Shown here: positions 1-10,378 of the stretch, piece after piece | Layout: each line of letters begins with the position of its first letter | Position numbering within the stretch: position 1 is the stretch's first letter | NCBI GenBank assembly: GCA_963708075.1 | Contig: OY970194.1 | Coordinates: forward strand, 288,001-352,000 | Direction of reading: 5' to 3' | DNA: 64,000 bases | DNA from: Sedimentisphaerales bacterium | Lineage (GTDB): Bacteria; Planctomycetota; Phycisphaerae; Sedimentisphaerales; Anaerobacaceae | Position numbers and translations under genes: made by a program | The notes under the pieces: generated by a model | Seen by the model: the letters and a program-made list of their open reading frames with translations, nothing else | What the model was told of the DNA's origin: nothing | Database searches by the model: none

Positions 1-348
1 GGTTTGTCTCAGCCCTATTACCTGGCCTTGGACATTCACGGCGGGATGCTCTACTGGACCGACACCGACCGGCCCGGTGTCTATTGTGGCTCAATGGATG
101 ACAACGACGTGCGTGCGCTGGCAACGGAGGACCTGGATGGTCCCTGGGGCATCGGCCTGATCACCACGACTCCGGACCTCGATATGGATACGGATGTCGA
201 TTCGTTTGACCTGAGGGTCTTCCTGCAACACTGGCTTAACGATCAGGTATCCTGGACCACCGGCTGGTGTGCAGGCCGCGATCTCAATGCCGACGGAATA
301 ATCGATCTGCGCGACTTCTCGAAATTCGCACAATCCTGGGCCCGCTAG
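1..348 (+). CDS. C-terminal part of a secreted protein with a YWTD (LDL-receptor class B) repeat and a dockerin-like C-terminus; 5' end outside the window
   Basis: LYWTD motif, then paired Ca-binding motifs DLDMDTDVDSFDLRVFLQHWL and DLNADGIIDLRDFSKFAQSW, typical of Phycisphaerae dockerin-like tails. Confidence 0.75.
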   Translation, partial: GLSQPYYLALDIHGGMLYWTDTDRPGVYCGSMDDNDVRALATEDLDGPWGIGLITTTPDLDMDTDVDSFDLRVFLQHWLNDQVSWTTGWCAGRDLNADGIIDLRDFSKFAQSWAR

Positions 349-612
349 GTCCAGCGCATGTGTTCAGCCCAGAGTCCCCCACTCGCTGAGTGGTGGCGTC
401 ATCCAGGTCCGTGTCCACAGAATTGATGACCCACCATGCTGCAATTCCTGTTTGACACACGCTGCCGGCGAAAGATAGTCTCGAAATACATCTTCTTGGG
501 ATGTCGGGTAGACGGGCGGTTCTCGCCGGAGAGATCGGGATTTCAGCCAGAGCACAGATGTGCCTGGTGTTGCATTGATCTGCGGGTGTTTGATTTCACA
601 AGGAGGTAGACG

Positions 613-1425
613 ATGAAGGCCATAAAAAGGAGTGCCACAGGGATTGTCGTTTCGTTGCTCATCACCTCGGCCGCCTTCGCGGTCCAGGTCGATCTGAACC
701 TCTGGACGGCGGAATCCTATCCGGCGGTCACGGGCTTCCCGGCCGGCGCATGGACGGTCAATTCTTCCGGCCAGTCGGTGACCCAGGTCGCTAACGGTCA
801 GCCCACGCTCTTCTACAGCAACTTCAACGTCCGGGGCTCCGATGTGCGGGGCAGCGTGAGCGTGGCCAATGGTGACGACGACTACATCGGTTTTGCCTTC
901 GGTTTCCAGCCCGGCGATACAAGCAATGCAGCCGCCGATTATCTGCTGGTGGATTGGAAAGGGGCGACACAATTCTTCGATTTCGACGGCCTGTCCACCA
1001 CGCCGGGCACCACCGCCGTCGAGGGGCTCGCGGTTTCGCGGGTCACGGGCATTCCGACCGCCGATGAGTTCTGGGGCCACACGGATTTCGCTGATGATCC
1101 GTCCGGTGGTGTTACCGAACTTGCTCGTGGCGCCACCCTCGGCAGCACAGGGTGGGTAGCGGGCGTGGAGTACGACTTCCAGTTCCTCGTCGAGGAAGAC
1201 AGGCTCCAGGTTTTCGTGGACGATACACTCGAACTGGATATCAGCGGGGACTTCCCCGACGGCCGGCTGGCTTTCTACAATTTCTCCCAGGGAGGAGTGA
1301 CGTACAGAGCCTTCACCCGGGACACCATCCCGCCGGGACCGTGTCCCGTTATCCCGGTACCCGCCTCGCTGCCGCTCGTGATACTTGGCGTGGCCGGGGT
1401 AGTGATCCGCCGCCTGCGTGGCTGA
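613..1425 (+). CDS. Secreted thrombospondin C-terminal-like (TSP_C) domain protein with a VPLPA/PEP-CTERM-like sorting tail
   Basis: RBS AGGAGG; signal peptide ending AFA; DDDYIGFAFGFQ and GRLAFYNFSQ resemble TSP/COMP C-terminal motifs; C-terminus IPVPASLPL-hydrophobic-RRLRG. Confidence 0.75.
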   Translation: MKAIKRSATGIVVSLLITSAAFAVQVDLNLWTAESYPAVTGFPAGAWTVNSSGQSVTQVANGQPTLFYSNFNVRGSDVRGSVSVANGDDDYIGFAFGFQPGDTSNAAADYLLVDWKGATQFFDFDGLSTTPGTTAVEGLAVSRVTGIPTADEFWGHTDFADDPSGGVTELARGATLGSTGWVAGVEYDFQFLVEEDRLQVFVDDTLELDISGDFPDGRLAFYNFSQGGVTYRAFTRDTIPPGPCPVIPVPASLPLVILGVAGVVIRRLRG

Positions 1426-1684
1426 CCCTTCCCTCGTGACGGACAGCCGCGTCCGCATGGCGAATCTGGTGAGCCGCTCGGAAAGACGCATGGTGCGGAG
1501 GAAGTGCTGTTGTTGGCACTCGCCTCCGCCGTTGCGCTTGGTGTCGTAGCTGCCATCTGACCGAGAAACTCACGCCTCCATGTTTACGTCACCGGTCTTC
1601 CCTCCGGAACATCCTCGGTATGACCTGCAGAGATCCACTTTGGGTGAGGCTCCTGAGATAGCCGATGTTACATAGACGGGCGGG

Positions 1685-1839
1685 CAGGGCTATCGCATCT
1701 AAATTCGAGCTGGCCCTCTTGGCCCCGAAAACGCTGATCGGATGGTGGCCAACCTGACATTGCGGTCGTCAATCACCTGAACCAACCTGCGTTTCTGAAC
1801 AAGGAATCGCGGCTGGCCAATTTAGATGCGATAGCCTTG
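1685..1839. mobile_element. 155-bp non-autonomous MITE with ISAs1-family-like ends
   Basis: Left end CAGGGCTATCGCATCTAAATT (1685-1705) and right end AATTTAGATGCGATAGCCTTG (1819-1839) are a 20/21 inverted match; perfect 10-bp direct repeat GACGGGCGGG at 1675-1684 and 1840-1849; no transposase inside. Confidence 0.88.
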
Positions 1840-2058
1840 GACGGGCGGGGAAAACCCTATTCTGCGCCGAGAGGGCGGGGTATAATGGCTGGGTGGAAAG
1901 GTTTGTGGCGTCCAGTCGTGGATGTCGCGGAGAAATCGTTGGCCGGTAGTAACGATTGTGAGCATCGGGCGTCATAGTAGATGTGGGATTCACAAAAGGC
2001 CGGAAACTTACCCTGAAGGGTGAAGCAGGATCGCGGTGTCTCGATAGGAGAGCGCATC

Positions 2059-3729
2059 ATGTCTCTCACAAAGTCATTTCGGCAGAAGGTCAGGGCTGTT
2101 CGGATTCGCTGCAGCATCAATCTGTTCCTGCGCCACGCGGGACGGGTCTTGGCGGTCGGCGGCGGTGTGGCCGCCTTAGCTATATTGACTCAGCAGCTCT
2201 TTGCTGTCTTTGTCCTGGCGGCATGGGCTATCTGGGCGTTTTGGGCCGCAATGGCAGGAGTCGTACTCCTTCTCTGGTTCTTAGGCTTGCCGAGCCGGAT
2301 GCAGGCCTCTTTGCTGCTTGATGAGCGACTGAAACTGCACGAGCGATTCAGCACCACGCTGGCGCTGGTCAATTGCGACGAACCATTCGCCAAGGCAGCC
2401 TGCGCTGAGTCGATGCAAGCGATTCAGCGGGCTGACTTGCACGGGCACTTCCCCATCGGCTTGACCCGTAGTTGGGGCTATAGTGCGGGAATCTGGGTGG
2501 TTGCTATTGCGCTACTCTACATGCCGCAGCAGGACCTTCTCGGTTTTATGAGGGAAAAGGACAAGCAACAGGAGCAGGCCAAACAACTCGAAGAGACCCA
2601 GAAGGATGTCAGCGACGCGTTGGAGCCGGTGAAGATCGTCATGCAGAAGCTGGATGATCCCTCGTTAGCGGAGGACTTGAAGAAGCTTGAGGAACTTGCG
2701 AAGGCGGGCGACCCGCAGGAACTCAAGCGGGAGGCCATCAAGGCGCTGGGCGATCTCTCGGAGAAGATCAAGCAGATGCAGGGCGAAGCCGAGATGCAGG
2801 TTGGGGATATCCTGCAGCGGATGCTCAAGCAGTTGCACGGCTCGTCGGAGCCATTCTCGCAGCAGATTCGAATGGCCCTGGCCAAAGGCGACTTCTCCCA
2901 GGCGGCCAACCTCATGAGACAGTTGCAGAAGCAGTTGACCGAAGGAGCTCTCTCCGATCAGCAGCGAAAGCAAATGTCGGAGCAGTTGCAGCAACTGGCC
3001 AAGGAATTGCAGAAGCTCTCGACCCAGCAGCGGGAGCTGGAGGAGGAGATGGAGAAACTCGGCCTTGACAAGAAACTGGCGCAGATGAACGAGCAGCAGT
3101 TGCGCCAGACGCTTCAGAAGCAGGGGCTCAAATCCGAGCAGATCGAGCAACTCCTGCAGAAGATGGCCGCCAACCAGGCCGCCGCCGGCAGATGCTCGGG
3201 ATTGGCTCAGGCGATGGCTGCCTGCGGGGAAGGGGCGGGGGGGCTTTCCGGCGATGAGCTGTCCGGGGCCATCGAGCAACTGGATGCGCTCGAGTCCCTG
3301 GAGCAGCAGATGCAGCAGTTGCAGGCGGGGCTCAACGAGCTGTCCAACTGTATGGCCTGTCTTGGCGAGGGCATGTGTGAGGGCATTGGGGGGCAGTCGC
3401 CGTGGGCGGAAGGCCACCGCAACCAATATGGATCAGGCTCGGGCGGGCCGGGACAGGGATACGGCCCGAGAGACTCTGATGACGAGGGCCAGTTCGGCAC
3501 GAAGACCGCCCGCGTGACCGGCAAGTCCGACCAGGGGCCTGTCATTGCAGGCTGGTACTTCAAGGATACGCAGGTGACGGGGGAGGCTCACCGTGACTTT
3601 ACCGAGGTGGTTGAGGCCGGCCGGGCCCGCGCCGCCGACGCCATCAGCGAGAACCAGATTCCGCGCAAGTACGAGGATGCGGTAAAGAAGTACTTTGGCC
3701 AGCTTGAGCAGCAGGCCCCGAAACCATAG
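2059..3729 (+). CDS. Membrane-anchored long coiled-coil protein of the type found in MoxR/VWA loci (DUF4175-like)
   Basis: AGGAG before ATG 2059; three N-terminal TM segments; Q/E/K/L-rich coiled coil; Gly-rich linker; C-terminal IPRKYEDAVKKYF motif. Confidence 0.7.
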   Translation: MSLTKSFRQKVRAVRIRCSINLFLRHAGRVLAVGGGVAALAILTQQLFAVFVLAAWAIWAFWAAMAGVVLLLWFLGLPSRMQASLLLDERLKLHERFSTTLALVNCDEPFAKAACAESMQAIQRADLHGHFPIGLTRSWGYSAGIWVVAIALLYMPQQDLLGFMREKDKQQEQAKQLEETQKDVSDALEPVKIVMQKLDDPSLAEDLKKLEELAKAGDPQELKREAIKALGDLSEKIKQMQGEAEMQVGDILQRMLKQLHGSSEPFSQQIRMALAKGDFSQAANLMRQLQKQLTEGALSDQQRKQMSEQLQQLAKELQKLSTQQRELEEEMEKLGLDKKLAQMNEQQLRQTLQKQGLKSEQIEQLLQKMAANQAAAGRCSGLAQAMAACGEGAGGLSGDELSGAIEQLDALESLEQQMQQLQAGLNELSNCMACLGEGMCEGIGGQSPWAEGHRNQYGSGSGGPGQGYGPRDSDDEGQFGTKTARVTGKSDQGPVIAGWYFKDTQVTGEAHRDFTEVVEAGRARAADAISENQIPRKYEDAVKKYFGQLEQQAPKP

Positions 3730-3757
3730 GCACTCAAGAGGATTTCAAATCGAGAAT

Positions 3758-4801
3758 ATGAGACGGAAATTGCGGATTGGCCGTCCTGCGGCCGTGACGA
3801 TCCTGGCCTTCCTTTCCATAATCTGCGTCTTGCTGTTCTCGGGCTTGTCCTGTAAGGATCGGTCGCAGCGGCAGGAGGTCGTTCTCTATTGCTCAGTGGA
3901 CCAGGCAGTTGCTGAGCCCATCATCGCTGGATTCGAGCAGCAGAGCGGGATCAAGGTCCTCGCCCGGTATGATACAGAGGCCAGCAAGACGGTCGGCCTC
4001 GTGCAGCGGATCCGAGCGGAGGCGAGTTCGCCGACAGCGGACGTCTTCTGGTCCGGCGAGGTCTTTCATACAGTTCGATTGGCTCGCGAAGGGCTGCTGA
4101 CGCCTTACCGGGCCGAGTTCACGGAGGCGTGGCCGGCTGGTCTCGCTGATCCGAACGGGCTCTGGCACGGCTTCGCTCTGCGGGCCCGCGTCATCGGCTA
4201 CAACACGAACAGGGTATCGGCGCAGGAGGCCCCGAAGTCGCTGGAGGATGTCCTGGACGCAAAGTGGAAAGGGCGTCTCGTGATGGCGTCGCCGGCCTTC
4301 GGGACGACGGGCGGGGATGTCGCGAGCTGGTTCGCGCACTATGGGCCGCAGCGGGCGAAGGAGATCCTGCAGCGGCTGAAGGACAACGGGGTACGGGTCG
4401 CCTCCGGCAACAGCACGGCCGTGCGCATGGTGGCTACCGGCCAGGCGGATATCTGCTTCACGGATACCGATGACGTGTACGCCGGGCAGCGGAACGGCTG
4501 GCCTGTCGCCTTGAACTTCCTCGATCAGAATGGCCAGGGGGCCCTGGCGATCCCCAACACAGCGGCGATGATCAAAGACGGGCCGCACCCCGAGGCCGCA
4601 GCGAAACTGATGCAGTTCCTGCTCAGTGAGGAGCTTGAGCGACTGCTGGTTGAAAGCGATTCGCACAACAGTCCGGTTCATACGTCCCTGGCGCAAAAGT
4701 ATCCAACATATGTGATCCCACGTCCGCTGAACCTGGACTATGGGCGCATCGCGAACTTTCTGCCCACGGCGATTGAATCGGCAGGGGAGATTCTCCGGTG
4801 A
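3758..4801 (+). CDS. ABC transporter substrate-binding lipoprotein, Fe3+/AfuA-FbpA-like
   Basis: Lipobox-like GLSC; VVLYCSVD, ADVFWSGE, RARVIGYN, TDTDD, IPNTAAMIK, AAAKLMQFLLS. Confidence 0.85.
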   Translation: MRRKLRIGRPAAVTILAFLSIICVLLFSGLSCKDRSQRQEVVLYCSVDQAVAEPIIAGFEQQSGIKVLARYDTEASKTVGLVQRIRAEASSPTADVFWSGEVFHTVRLAREGLLTPYRAEFTEAWPAGLADPNGLWHGFALRARVIGYNTNRVSAQEAPKSLEDVLDAKWKGRLVMASPAFGTTGGDVASWFAHYGPQRAKEILQRLKDNGVRVASGNSTAVRMVATGQADICFTDTDDVYAGQRNGWPVALNFLDQNGQGALAIPNTAAMIKDGPHPEAAAKLMQFLLSEELERLLVESDSHNSPVHTSLAQKYPTYVIPRPLNLDYGRIANFLPTAIESAGEILR

Positions 4802-7287
4802 CCTCAGGGGCCGCACCAACCAGATTGATGAAAGCCGCCTGTCTGGCCTTGTGGCTGTTCGTCATCGCGTTGCCCCTGTTGGCTCTCGCCGTTGCGGCGG
4901 TATCGTCGCAGTCACAGCCGGAGCTTGCCCGGCCTGTGTTCGCCTCCCTGTTGCGCACGGCTGTTCTTGCCGGGATCATTGCCGCGGTTTCCGTCGTGTT
5001 GGGCTGGCTGCCGGGCCGATTGCTCGGAACCGGCGGCACGCATAGCGGCACTCTTCTGTTGCTCCTGTTGCTGCCGCTGGTCCTGCCGCAGTACGTGCTC
5101 TATTACGCCTGGTCGCTGCTGCTGAGCCCGACGACGCAACTCGGCCGGATACTGGCGTCCTCGCCTGCCCTGGCACGCTTCGTCGGCACGGCGGTCTCCA
5201 CAGGCGTCCTCATCGGCTGGTATTGGCCGCTGGCGGCATTGATTCTGGCGCAGGGCCGGCGCGGCATTGATCATTCCATCTGGCAGAACGCTCTGCTGGA
5301 TGCGAGCCGCTTTCAAGCCTTCCGCCACATTACTGTCCCGCTGCTCTCGCGGACGGTTCTTCTGGCGTTCGGCGTATGTTTCGTTCTGTCGCTCTCAGAG
5401 TTCGCGACGTTTCACCTGGCCGGCGTCCAAACTGTCGGCACGGAGCTTGCCGTGCTGTACGAGCTCACGGGCGCGGCGGCCCCCGTCGCGAGAGCGGCCT
5501 GGCCGGTGACGATTGTAGCCCTCCTGATGTCGATATTTCTGGCCGGGGCGTCGAATGAGTGGACTTCCGCAACACCCGTCTTCCGGCCGATGAAAACGGA
5601 ATCGCGGGTCCTTGACGCGACGGTATTTGCAGTTCTGATGCTTGTCTCGTGGGCAGCGCCCGTGTTTCTGCTGGTCGTCAACGTCACGACCTTGCAGCCG
5701 CTGCGACAGTTCATCACCCTTCATCTTGACGACCTGCTGTGGTCCCTCCTGACGGCTGGTGGTGCTGCAGTCCTCGCATGTATGATCGGCCTGAGCGGAT
5801 TGCTTTGGACGGCGGATCGGGCCCGTGGCGGCGCATCACAAGACATCAGAAGGACGGTCGGGCGATTCGTGATTCACGCCGGCATATTCCTTGCGATGTT
5901 TCTGCCCGCGTCGCTGCTGGCCATCTCGCTGCTGAGGCTGTCCATCGCCGCGGGTTTGCCGCCGGATGTGCGCCAGAGCTGGCTCATGGTCTCGGTGGGC
6001 CAGGCCTCGCGCTTTGCCGGTGTGGCCTTGATTCTGCTGCTGTCGACTCGCTACCCTGATCGGCGGAGACTTGTGGCGATGGCTTCGCTCGACGGGGCCT
6101 CACCGCTGGCGGCATGGCGGTACGTTCACCTCCCACGGACGTGGCCCGTGCTGGTCGGGACCTTCCTGCTGGTGATGATGCTCAGCATCACGGAGCTGCC
6201 GGCGACGATGGTCCTTCTGCCGGCGGGCCTGCCGAATTTCGCGCAACGGCTGCTCAACCAGATGCACTATGCAAGGGACCAGCAGGTCATCGCCTCCTGC
6301 CTGGTACTGGTGTCACTCTTTGCCGTCCTGGCCGGTGTCATATTCGCGTTGCTGCGGCTCGGCCGGATTCGATCGTACATGGGAGTCCTGCTGCTTACAA
6401 CGCTCCTTGTTCTCACCGGCTGCGGGCACGACGGCGGCAGCGGTGAGCCGAGAGTGGTGAACGCTTTCGGCAAGACCGGCGGCGGGCCCGGCGAGTTTCT
6501 GTATCCGAGGGCCATCGACCTCGACGGCGATGGATCGGTTCTCGTCGTGGACAAGACCGGCCGGATTCAGCATCTGACTCCAAAGGGAGAATGCCTCGCT
6601 GTGATCCGGATGCCGCTGATCGACGCGGGCAAACCGACGGGAATCAGTGTGCACAAGGACGGCCGGCTCTTCGTCGCCGACACGCATTACCACCGCGTCG
6701 CGATCTTCTCGCACGACGGCCGGCTCATCGGCGAGTTCGGCAAATACGGCGAAGACGGCGGATGCTTCATCTATCCCACGGATGTCGCATTCTCGCCGGA
6801 CGGGCGGATCTTCGTCAGCGAGTACGGCGGCAACGACCGCATCAGCATATTCACAGCCAATGGCGATTTTCTCTCGTCCTTCGGCTCGCCCGGCGACGCA
6901 GAAGGGCAATTCTCCAGACCCGCGGCCATGTGCATTGACGAGGCGAGGGGATGCCTGTATGTGGCGGATGCGTGCAATCACCGCATCGCAATGTATAATC
7001 TCGACGGCCAATTGATGGGATACTTCGGCGCCGCCGGACGCGGGCCGGGTGAGCTTCGCTACCCCTATGGCCTGTCGCTGCTGCCTGACGGGACCATCGT
7101 GGTGTGTGAGTATGGGAACAATCGGATTCAGTTGTTCAATCCGCAGGGCGAGAGCCTGGCTGTGTACGGGCAGGCCGGCCGGGAACTGGGCCGGCTCGCG
7201 TATCCCTGGAGCGTGGTGGTGGACTCGCATCGGCGGGCCTACGTGATCGACGCCGGCAACAATCGGATTCAGGTGTGGCAACTGTGA
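4798..7287 (+). CDS. Fe3+-type ABC permease (two-repeat FbpB-like) fused in frame to an NHL-repeat beta-propeller
   Basis: Two EAA-like loops (NALLDASRFQAFRHITVP; MASLDGASPLAAWRYVHLP); then LTGC and about six NHL repeats (GPGEFLYPRAID, YPTDVA, RYPYGL, DAGNNRIQ); GTGA overlap with upstream gene. Confidence 0.85.
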   Translation: MTSGAAPTRLMKAACLALWLFVIALPLLALAVAAVSSQSQPELARPVFASLLRTAVLAGIIAAVSVVLGWLPGRLLGTGGTHSGTLLLLLLLPLVLPQYVLYYAWSLLLSPTTQLGRILASSPALARFVGTAVSTGVLIGWYWPLAALILAQGRRGIDHSIWQNALLDASRFQAFRHITVPLLSRTVLLAFGVCFVLSLSEFATFHLAGVQTVGTELAVLYELTGAAAPVARAAWPVTIVALLMSIFLAGASNEWTSATPVFRPMKTESRVLDATVFAVLMLVSWAAPVFLLVVNVTTLQPLRQFITLHLDDLLWSLLTAGGAAVLACMIGLSGLLWTADRARGGASQDIRRTVGRFVIHAGIFLAMFLPASLLAISLLRLSIAAGLPPDVRQSWLMVSVGQASRFAGVALILLLSTRYPDRRRLVAMASLDGASPLAAWRYVHLPRTWPVLVGTFLLVMMLSITELPATMVLLPAGLPNFAQRLLNQMHYARDQQVIASCLVLVSLFAVLAGVIFALLRLGRIRSYMGVLLLTTLLVLTGCGHDGGSGEPRVVNAFGKTGGGPGEFLYPRAIDLDGDGSVLVVDKTGRIQHLTPKGECLAVIRMPLIDAGKPTGISVHKDGRLFVADTHYHRVAIFSHDGRLIGEFGKYGEDGGCFIYPTDVAFSPDGRIFVSEYGGNDRISIFTANGDFLSSFGSPGDAEGQFSRPAAMCIDEARGCLYVADACNHRIAMYNLDGQLMGYFGAAGRGPGELRYPYGLSLLPDGTIVVCEYGNNRIQLFNPQGESLAVYGQAGRELGRLAYPWSVVVDSHRRAYVIDAGNNRIQVWQL

Positions 7288-10226
7288 ATAGCGCGTACGG
7301 ATTCTATCTAGGTCAGCCCTGGTGGCTTCTGCTGGGCCTGGTGATCGTCCCGATGATCTGGGTGGCTCGCCGGAACCTGGCGGCGCTGGGGACGGGACGC
7401 CGGGCAGCGGCCATCGTATTCCGCACGATTGGGATCCTGTTGCTGGTCATCCTGCTGGCCCGTCCGATGCTTGTCCGAAAGAGCCGCACCGCCACGGTGA
7501 TTGCGGTGCTGGACCGCAGCCAGTCCATCCCCTCGCAAAAGAGCGAAGCCGCCCTGGATTTTCTAACCCAGGCGGTGAAGGCCCGAACGGGCGGGGACCA
7601 GCTCGCGGTCGTGGACATCGCCGAGGCCGCCAGTATCTCCAGGCTGGCGTCCATGGATACGAGCGTCCGCCGGCGCAACACGACGCTCACAGGCCAGCAA
7701 AGCCGGCTGGCGGCAGGCATCGAGATGGCCATGGCGATTGCCCCGCCGGATTCCGCCACGCGCATCCTTTTAATCAGCGAGGGCAACGAGACGGAGGGGG
7801 ACCTGAAAGAGGCGGCGAGGACCGCGGCGGCCAACAAGGTGCCCATCGACGTGCTGCCGCTGGAGTACCGCTACGAGAGCGAGGCGCTCTTCAAGCGTCT
7901 GGTGGCCCCGCCTCACGCCCGCAGCGGACAGACGGTCTCCCTGCGATTTATTCTCAACAGCACCGCCGATGTCACGGGCAAACTGCTGCTGACCCTGAAC
8001 GACAAGCCTGTGGACCTGGCGCCGGACTCGCCTGAGATAGCCGTGCCGGTAGAGTTGAAGGAAGGGACAAACGTCAAGACCGTCTCCATCCCGGTCGGCA
8101 CGCGAGGCATGCACAAGTTTGAGGCGGTGTTCATGCCGGACGACCCGAAGCAGGATGCGATTGCGGAGAACAATCGCGCCAGCGCCATGACGTACGTGGC
8201 CGGGCCCGGCCATGTCACCGTCGTCGATGCGGACAACAAGTCCGCGCAGGTGCTGATGCGGGCGTTGCAGGGCACCGACATGGAGATCCGCTACGTTCCC
8301 GCCGCCGGCCTGCCGGACAACCTGGCCATGCTGATGGATACGGATGCCATCGTTCTGGCGAACGTCGATTGCGGCAGCATCACGTACCAGCAGCAGGAGA
8401 TGCTCTGCCGGTACGTCAATGATCTCGGCGGGGGGCTGGTTGTGGTCGGCGGGCCAAACTCTTACGGCGCCGGCGGCTGGATCGGCTCGCCGCTGGCGGA
8501 CGTGCTGCCGGTGGATCTGGACCCGCCCCAGAAGAAGCAACTGCCCAAGGGGCGCTGGTGCTGATCATGCACGCCTGCGAGATGCCCGACGGCAATTACT
8601 GGGGCAAGAAAGTCGCGGCCTCGGCCGTGGGAACGTTGAGCCGGCTCGACCTGGTCGGAATCCTCTCGTACAACTGGGGCGGCACCGACGACTGGGTGTA
8701 CCCTCTGGGGCCTGTGAACGACAAGGCGCAGGTCGCCGCCGCGATCGAGCAGATGCAGATGGGGGACATGCCGAGCTTGCACACTCACCTGCAGATGGCC
8801 TACAACGAGCTGGTCAAATGCGATGCGGCCCAGAAGCACGTCATTGTCATCAGCGACGGCGACCCGACCCCGCCTTCGGCGCAACTATTGAAGGACCTCG
8901 CTGCGGCGAAGATCACCTGCACCGGCGTCTGCATCTTCCCTCATTCGACCATGGATAATACGAATCTGCAGCACATGGCCTCTGAGAACCGGCGGGCGAT
9001 ACTACGACGTCAAGGACGCCCAATCCCTGCCGCAGATATTCATCAAGGAGGCCCAGGTTGTCCGACGGTCACTGATCGTTGAAGAGACATTCTCGCCGCA
9101 GGTGGTCTATTCGCTCAGTGAGACCCTCAAAGGCATGGCGCCGCCGCTGCCGCCACTGGACGGGTACGTGATCACGGGGCCCAAAGGCGGCCTGAGCCAG
9201 CTCGTGCTCGCCACGCACCAGGCGGACCCGCTGCTGGCGACGTGCCAGTCCGGCCTGGGCCGATGCGTTGCCTTCACCAGCTCGGCCGACACGCGGTGGG
9301 CGGGGCAGTGGCTGCAATGGTCGGATTTCGCACGCTTCTGGGAGCAGGTGGTGCGCTGGGCAGGCAAACCCGCACAGGCCACTGATTGCGAGATTTTCAC
9401 CGACGTCGAGGGCCAGCAGGCCACGGTCAACGTCGAAGCGTTCGATACGGAAGGCAAGTTCCTGCAGTTGACGGCCATCGAGGGACAGGTGCTCACCCCG
9501 GAGATGAAGGGCGAGCCGATGCAACTGGTCCAGACGGGGCCCGGCCAATACTCCGGCCGGTTCCGTGCGCCGGTGTCGGGCAGCTACATCGTGAACCTCC
9601 AGTATCGCAGAACGGGGCCCGACGAGAAGTCCCGTTTGGCGAACGCCGTCGTCAACGTGCCGTTCGCCCCGGAGTTCCGCGACCTCTCGGATAACGCACC
9701 CCTGCTGAAGGAGGTCAGCAAAATGACGGGCGGGCGGGTCCTGTCGCTGGCGTCCGACCCGAACACGGTGAACCTGTACGAGCACGCGGGCCTGGAATTT
9801 CCGGAGACGCACCTGCCTTTGCTGCGGCCGCTCATGCTGGCGTGGATTGCCATCTTTCTGCTGGACGTGGCGGTCCGGCGGGTGATTCTCAATGTGCGGG
9901 CGGGTCTGCGAAGGGTCAAGGCCTGGTTGCTCTCCACGGCCAAACGCGAGCAGGACCAGACCATCGCCCGGCTGCAGGCGAGGAGACAGAAGTTGCGGGA
10001 GCAGTGGTCCGCTCGCACCGCCGACACTATCGTGTCGAAGCACTATGAGGGCGCGGAGAAGTACCAGGGCGAGCTTCTGAGCACGGAGCCGAGACGCGAG
10101 ATGGAGCCGCCGGCAAAGCCAAAGGCTGAAGAGCCTCCCAAGCAGAAGCCTCCACAGGAGGGAACGCATATCGATCAGCTCCTCAAGGCGAAACGAAAGG
10201 CAACGGGGCAGGACAAGGGAGAATGA
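7284..10226 (+). CDS. VWA plus glutamine-amidotransferase-like membrane protein, about 980 aa when two compensating frameshifts (~8550, ~8987) are corrected
   Basis: ORFs 7275-8564, 8558-9082 and 9102-10226 join as ...LPKGALVLIMHACE... and ...HMASETGGRYYDV...; MIDAS DRSQS; GGGLVVVGGPNSYGAGGW; SDGD; GLGRCVAFTS. Confidence 0.85.
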
Positions 10227-10257
10227 CGGGAGTTGGCAACATATCAACAGGAGCGAA

Positions 10258-10326
10258 GGTGTGCGGTGCACACCCTACGAATATCGGTGGGCGCATTGGC
10301 GTCATGTAGGGTGTGCAACGCACACC
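10258..10326. repeat. Pair of GTAG-type REP palindromes
   Basis: GGTGTGCGGTGCACACCCTAC (10258-10278) and GTAGGGTGTGCAACGCACACC (10306-10326) are inverted copies, each with an internal hairpin. Confidence 0.75.
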
Positions 10327-10378
10327 GATAAAGGCTGATAAGGGCAAGCTAATGAACGGGAACCAGGAGAATAGAGCG

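Noticed and set aside
1423..1425. UGA as a selenocysteine codon
   Set aside because: It follows a complete sorting signal, is not in a redox motif, and I see no convincing bacterial SECIS
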